NCBI GenBank assembly: GCA_963748815.1
Contig: CAVVKJ010000010.1
Coordinates: forward strand, 662,124 to 726,123
DNA: 64,000 bases
Source of the DNA: an uncultured Gemmatimonadales bacterium
GTDB lineage: Bacteria; Gemmatimonadota; Gemmatimonadetes; Gemmatimonadales; GWC2-71-9
Direction: 5' to 3'
Part shown: positions 59,219 to 64,000 of the stretch, piece by piece
Numbering within the stretch: the first letter of the stretch is position 1
How the letters are laid out: the number at the start of each line of letters is the position of its first letter
Translations under genes and position numbers: made by a program
Notes under the pieces: generated by a model
Databases searched by the model: none
What the model was told of the DNA's origin: nothing
What the model saw: the letters and a program-made list of their open reading frames with translations, nothing else

Positions 59219-60625
59219 GTGCCGTTCCCCCACCTGAAAGGCCTGGCCGCGCTCGCGGTCGGCCTCATGGCCTGTCAAGCAGCCCCCGGCTCCGACGCCG
59301 GGGCGCTTCCGCCAGCCTCCCAGGCCGTCCCCACGACCAGCCTCCTCCGCCTCCCCCGTGCCGGGGGGACGCCCCGGCTGTACAGTGGCCCCGCCCTCGC
59401 CGATCTCGGCTGGCGGCCACGGGGGCGCACGCCCGCCGTGCAGATGGTGGTCGGGTTCGATCAGGACCAGGCGCTCGCCTACGCCGTGGATTCCGCCGGG
59501 GGACTCCAGGCGCTGGATCTCAGCACCGGTACGCCGCGGCTCCTGACCTCCGGCGTCAGCGGTGTCGCCCTGGGTCCCGAGGGAACCCTCTGGGTCGTCA
59601 ACAAGCGGGATTCCGTCATCCGGATCCGGAATCGGCTCGCCAAGTCCACCGATGCCGCCCTGCCCGGCCGCCCCACCGCGCTCTACGGCACGGGCGACCG
59701 GCAGCTCATCGCGGTCGAAGGGGGCGACACCGCGCGCGCGTGGCTGGTGACCGGCGCCCAGCCGGGCGTTTCCGCCGATCTCCCCACGACACAGACCGCG
59801 GCCTCCCCGTGGGGAGACCTCGTCGCCGCGGCGGCCCCGACCGGGGTGTACCTCTGGGCGCCAAGGGGGGGCACGCCGATCCGCCGGGTCCGTGTCAGCG
59901 GCACGCCAACCTCGGTGCGATTTTCCGCGTCCGGCCATCGCATCTACGTCGGCCGCGACGCCGAGGACATCGCGGTGATCGACCGGTACGCCGGTGAGCG
60001 GATCGACGACATCCGGATCCCGGGCTCCGCCGCTGGGCTGCGGGTGGCTCCCTACGGAGGGTGGTTGCTCGCGCGGCCGGCGACCGGCGACACCATCTGG
60101 GTCATCAACCTGGCCACCGGCGAGTACGCCGGAGTGGTCAGCGGCCCATGGGCCGCCGACCTCCCCACGGTCTTCGGCGATGCGACGCTGCTGGTCCGCG
60201 AAGGCAAGGACGTGGTGGCGCGGGACCTCGCCAGGCCGGAGTTCCCCGAAACGGGACGACTCAAGGGCGGGGCGGCGGATCTCTACCTGCCGATGCCGTG
60301 GTCCGCGCGCGGCAGCCAGCCCGAGCCGGTGCAACCCCGGCCCGAGCCGGGTCAGGTCGCCCAGGCGGCCGACACCTCCACCGGGGCCGACGTGGCGCGG
60401 GGCCGCCCTCGCACGGTCTACCTGCAGGTGAGCCGATCCCAGAATCCGGCCTGGGCGCAGGCGCTCGCCGGCGAAATCCGGGACGACGGCTTCCCCGCCC
60501 TCGTGCTCACGCCCAACACCGGCGAGGAAGCGTACCGCGTCGTCGTCGGCCCGTACCCCTCCCGCGAGGCGGCCGAGTCCGCCGGCCGCCGGCTGGGCCG
60601 CCCTTCATTCATCTATCATCCGTAG
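59219..60625 (+). CDS. lipoprotein with a C-terminal SPOR domain
   Basis: GTG start gives PFPHLKGLAALAVGLMAC (lipobox). The C-terminus VYLQVSRSQNPAWAQALAGEIRDDGFPALV..YRVVVGPYPSREAAESA is SPOR-like. Confidence 0.7.
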   Translation: MPFPHLKGLAALAVGLMACQAAPGSDAGALPPASQAVPTTSLLRLPRAGGTPRLYSGPALADLGWRPRGRTPAVQMVVGFDQDQALAYAVDSAGGLQALDLSTGTPRLLTSGVSGVALGPEGTLWVVNKRDSVIRIRNRLAKSTDAALPGRPTALYGTGDRQLIAVEGGDTARAWLVTGAQPGVSADLPTTQTAASPWGDLVAAAAPTGVYLWAPRGGTPIRRVRVSGTPTSVRFSASGHRIYVGRDAEDIAVIDRYAGERIDDIRIPGSAAGLRVAPYGGWLLARPATGDTIWVINLATGEYAGVVSGPWAADLPTVFGDATLLVREGKDVVARDLARPEFPETGRLKGGAADLYLPMPWSARGSQPEPVQPRPEPGQVAQAADTSTGADVARGRPRTVYLQVSRSQNPAWAQALAGEIRDDGFPALVLTPNTGEEAYRVVVGPYPSREAAESAGRRLGRPSFIYHP

Positions 60626-60645
60626 CCGTCCCGGGAAGACCCTCC

Positions 60646-63600
60646 ATGAAGCTCTCCAAGCTCGAGCTGTCCGGCTTCAAGTCGTTCGCTGACACCGTCA
60701 CCCTCACGTTCGAGGAAGGCGTCACCGCCATCGTCGGGCCGAACGGCTGCGGGAAGTCGAATGTCAGCGACGCCGTGCGCTGGGTCCTCGGCGAGCAGTC
60801 CGCGCGGCTCCTGCGCGGCGGGAAGATGGAGGACGTCATCTTCCAGGGCGCGGCCGGCCGCCGGCCGGTCAACGTCACGGAGGTGTCCCTCTATCTCGAC
60901 AACTCCGACGGCACCCTCCCGATCGCCTACCAGGAAGTGCAGATCACCCGGCGGCTCTCCCGCTCCGGGCACAGCGAGTACCTCCTCAACCGGGCCTCCG
61001 TCCGCCTGCGCGACATCCAGGACCTCCTGCGCGGCACCGGCCTGGGGGGCGACGCAGGCGTCGTCATCGAGGCGAAAATGATCGACCTCCTCCTCTCCGA
61101 CCGGGCGGATGAGCGCCGCTCGCTGTTCGAGGAGGCGGCCGGCATCGGGCTCTACCGGGACCGGAAGCACAGCACCGAGCGCCGTCTCGAGGAGACCGCC
61201 CTGGACCTGCAGCGTGTCGAGGACCTCGTGGCCGAGGTGCAGTCGCAGCTTCGCAGCCTGGCCCGGCAGCGGGGCCGTGCCGAGCGACACGTCAAGCTGA
61301 TGGAGGAGAAGTTCGCCGTGCAGCTGACGCTGGCGCGGCAGCATCTGGACCGCCTCACAGCGGAGGTGCGGGACAAGGAAGCCCGCTACGCGGAGCTCGC
61401 CGGCACCCTGCCGGATCGCCGGGTGGCGCTCGCGGCCCTCGAGGTGGAGCGCGAGGAGGCGGCCCGGCGCCGCGCCGCCGCAGAGGCCGCGCGCACCGAC
61501 ATCGCCCGCCGGCTCGGCGAAATTCGCGTCACCCTCGGCCGTCTCGAGGGCGACCTCAACCTCGCCTCTGAACGGCTGGCCAACGCCGGCCAGCGCCGGG
61601 TCCGGGCCCTCGAAGAGCGCGGCGTGATGGAGCAGCGCGCCCAGCAGGCGTCCCGGGAGCGCGACGTCGCCCTGCAGGAGCGCGACGCCGCCCAGGCGGA
61701 CTACAGCCGCATCCAGGCCGAACTGCAGGGCCGGGCCAGCGTCGAGGACGCCGTGAAGACCCGGCTCGCCGAGCAGCGGGCCCAGGTGCGCCAGACGGAG
61801 GAAACGCTGCAGCGGCAGGCCCAGACCCTCCGCTCCCTCGAGGGCGAGCGGGCCGCGCTGGAAACCGATCTGGTCTCGCTCCGCGACCGCGCCGTGCAGG
61901 CCGCGACGCTGCGGGACGGCCTGCGTCAGGAACTCGAGACGACCACACAGCGCCGTGACGCCCTCGCCGCGGAGGCGGGGCGCCTGCTCGCGACCCATCG
62001 CGCCGCCGCGGCCGACGCCGAGCGGGCCCGCCATCTCCTCGCCGAGACGCGTGAGCATGAAGCCCTCGCCCGCGCCGACCGTCGCCGCGCGGAAGAAACG
62101 GTCGCCCAGCTGTCCGCACGCCACGAGGCGCTCGGCGAACTGGAGCGGGATCGGGTCGGGTTGGCGCCGGGAGCCGCGGCCCTGCTGGCCGCGCGGGACC
62201 GGTTCGATGGCGGCGTCCTCGGACCGCTGAGCGATTTCCTCCGCACCGGCGCGGACGACGCCGACATCGCCGAGCGGCTGCTTGGTGAGTGGGTCCACGC
62301 CGTGCTGGTCCGCGATGACGCGGCCGTCCGCGCCATCCAGCAGTGGCACGCCGAGTCCGAAGCCGGCGCGATCGTCCTCCTCTCGGCCGAGCGCGGCCCC
62401 GCCCGGGACGGTGGGAGCCACCCCCTCGAGCAGACCCTCCAGGTGGACAACCCCGCGGCCGCGCGCTGGGTCCGCGCCCTGCTCGGCGGCTCCGAGGTCC
62501 TGGATCGGTCCGGCCGCGCCTTGCGCCGCAGCAACGGCGCGGTGCTCCTTTCCGGCGGCGGGACGCCGTCCGGCCCGCTGCGCCGTCGCGCCGAGCTCGA
62601 AACGCTCACCACCGACCTCCAGGCGGCCCGAACCACGCTGACCGCCGCGGAAACCGCGGTGGCGACTACGGTGGCGCGGCTGGCTGAACTCGAGGCCGCC
62701 CTCGGCACGGCCACCGAGGCCGCCGAGCGCGCCCGCGAGGCGGAGCGCATCGGCGTCTCGGCGCGTGACGACGCCGAGCGATCGGTCGCGACGCGGACTC
62801 GCGAATTGCAGGAAGCCGAGACCCAGGTCGTGCGGATCACCGAGCGGCTCTCGGCGTCCGAATCGCGGCTGGGCGAGGTCGATGCCGCGCTGACGGAAGG
62901 GGAATTGTCCAAGGTCCGGCTCGACGAGGCGCTCAGCGTTGGCCGGCAGCAGCTCGCCGAACTCGAGACCGAGCAGGAATCGGCGCGTGAGGCCCGCGTC
63001 CACTGGCAGGTGCAACTCGCCCACGTCGAGGCGCGATTGCTCGGCGCCAGCGAGCGGCTGACGCGCGCGGAGCAGATCGGGCAGGAAGCGGCCGGCTCCG
63101 CCGCCACCCTGGCGGGCGAACTCACGCAGCTGGAAGGCGATGCCCACGCGCTCGCGGCGGAACAGGTCACCTGGCAGGAGGAGCGGGCCGAGCGGCGCGT
63201 GACCCTGCTGGAACTGGAGGCGGCGGCGGCGGATGCCGAGGAGGCACTGTCGGTGGCCGCCGAAATCCTCAGCACGGCGGAGCGCAGGGTTCATGACGAC
63301 CGCGAAGGCCTCGAGCACTCGACCGAAGAGCATCACCGCCTGCAGCTCGAGCTCTCCGAGGCGGCGGCCGAGCGCCGGCGCATCATCGAGCGGGTGGAGA
63401 CGGAATGGAAGCGCCCGATCGACCAGCTCTTCGACGGGGCGCCGTTCCTCGACCTCGACCTCGAGACGCTGGAGGCGGAATCGGCGCGGATCGTCGCCGC
63501 GCTCGAGGGCATCGGCGTGGTGAATCCGCTGGCGGTGGAAGAGCACGCGGAGGAAAGCAAGCGGCTCGAATTCCTGTCGGCGCAACGGGACGACCTCGTG

Positions 63601-64000
63601 GCGGCTCGCCAGTCACTGCAGCAGGCTATCCGGGAAATCGACGGCACCGCCCAGGCGATGTTCCTGGAGACCTTCACCGCGGTCCGCGCGAACTTCCTGA
63701 CCGTCTTCCAGACCCTCTTCGGCGGCGGGGAGTGTGACCTCAGGCTTTCCCTCGAAGGGGATCCGCTCGAGAGCGAAATCGAGATCCACGCCGCCCCGCG
63801 GGGCAAGCGAACCCAGCGCATCCACCTCCTCTCCAGCGGCGAGCGGACGCTGGTGGCGGTGTCGCTCCTCTTCAGCATCTACCTGACGAAGCCGAGCCCC
63901 TTCTGCCTGATGGATGAAGTGGACGCGCCGCTCGACGACTCCAACGTGGGGCGGTTCACCAAGCTGCTCGACGAGTTCAAGCACAGCAGCCAGTTCCTCG
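60646..64000 (+). CDS. smc: chromosome segregation protein SMC (3' end outside window)
   Basis: Absent from the ORF track because it has no stop in the window. ATG at 60646 gives MKLSKLELSGFKSFADTVTLTFEEGVTAIVGPNGCGKSNVSDA (Walker A). Long coiled-coils, a hinge region, LSSGERTLVAVSLLF and CLMDEVDAPLD (Walker B) follow. Confidence 0.9.
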   Translation, partial: MKLSKLELSGFKSFADTVTLTFEEGVTAIVGPNGCGKSNVSDAVRWVLGEQSARLLRGGKMEDVIFQGAAGRRPVNVTEVSLYLDNSDGTLPIAYQEVQITRRLSRSGHSEYLLNRASVRLRDIQDLLRGTGLGGDAGVVIEAKMIDLLLSDRADERRSLFEEAAGIGLYRDRKHSTERRLEETALDLQRVEDLVAEVQSQLRSLARQRGRAERHVKLMEEKFAVQLTLARQHLDRLTAEVRDKEARYAELAGTLPDRRVALAALEVEREEAARRRAAAEAARTDIARRLGEIRVTLGRLEGDLNLASERLANAGQRRVRALEERGVMEQRAQQASRERDVALQERDAAQADYSRIQAELQGRASVEDAVKTRLAEQRAQVRQTEETLQRQAQTLRSLEGERAALETDLVSLRDRAVQAATLRDGLRQELETTTQRRDALAAEAGRLLATHRAAAADAERARHLLAETREHEALARADRRRAEETVAQLSARHEALGELERDRVGLAPGAAALLAARDRFDGGVLGPLSDFLRTGADDADIAERLLGEWVHAVLVRDDAAVRAIQQWHAESEAGAIVLLSAERGPARDGGSHPLEQTLQVDNPAAARWVRALLGGSEVLDRSGRALRRSNGAVLLSGGGTPSGPLRRRAELETLTTDLQAARTTLTAAETAVATTVARLAELEAALGTATEAAERAREAERIGVSARDDAERSVATRTRELQEAETQVVRITERLSASESRLGEVDAALTEGELSKVRLDEALSVGRQQLAELETEQESAREARVHWQVQLAHVEARLLGASERLTRAEQIGQEAAGSAATLAGELTQLEGDAHALAAEQVTWQEERAERRVTLLELEAAAADAEEALSVAAEILSTAERRVHDDREGLEHSTEEHHRLQLELSEAAAERRRIIERVETEWKRPIDQLFDGAPFLDLDLETLEAESARIVAALEGIGVVNPLAVEEHAEESKRLEFLSAQRDDLVAARQSLQQAIREIDGTAQAMFLETFTAVRANFLTVFQTLFGGGECDLRLSLEGDPLESEIEIHAAPRGKRTQRIHLLSSGERTLVAVSLLFSIYLTKPSPFCLMDEVDAPLDDSNVGRFTKLLDEFKHSSQFL

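Noticed and set aside
56135-60334. 1399-aa ORF on the minus strand
   Set aside because: It is antisense to the peptidase-PD40-Omp85 gene and the SPOR lipoprotein gene. It has low-complexity Arg/Gly/Asp composition and no recognisable motifs.
60616-63585. 989-aa ORF on the minus strand
   Set aside because: It lies exactly antisense to smc, whose + frame has Walker A/B and signature motifs. The product is Arg/Gly/Pro/Leu-rich junk typical of stop-poor antisense frames in GC-rich DNA.

Overview
Very GC-rich, tightly packed chromosomal segment from a diderm bacterium. The gene content reminds me of Gemmatimonadota-like lineages, but that is a guess. Most of the window is housekeeping: valS (3' end), selA, gmhB, purN, purH, gltX, trxA, pdxJ, ispE, prs, rplY/ctc, pth, hppA, korAB, ychF, rpsF-rpsR-rplI, rsfS and smc (5' part, running off the window). 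There are three tRNAs: Ser-TGA, Ser-GCT and Gln-TTG. Many adjacent genes overlap by 4 nt (ATGA/GTGA). I found no transposase, integrase, CRISPR array or rRNA. The main points of interest follow. (1) An accessory patch at about 11.1-16.1 kb holds a multiply frameshifted nitrilase gene abutting a tandemly duplicated, mosaic array of four Ig-like/RCC1-like lipoprotein paralogs. (2) A 16-kb co-directional gene chain on the minus strand carries an uncharacterised envelope module and a RadC/JAB-DinG helicase fusion. (3) Octamer (GCGGGGAA) and heptamer (GGACTGR) micro-repeats are dispersed through the window, some lying in-frame inside coding sequence. (4) Apparent single-base frameshifts at short C runs affect gltX, ispE and hppA. 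(5) Three unusual domain fusions are present: Dak2-DegV, HExxH peptidase-PD40-Omp85 barrel, and JAB-DinG. Long Arg/Gly/Pro-rich ORFs antisense to real genes are treated as GC artefacts. All family assignments come from reading motifs by eye; no searches were run.
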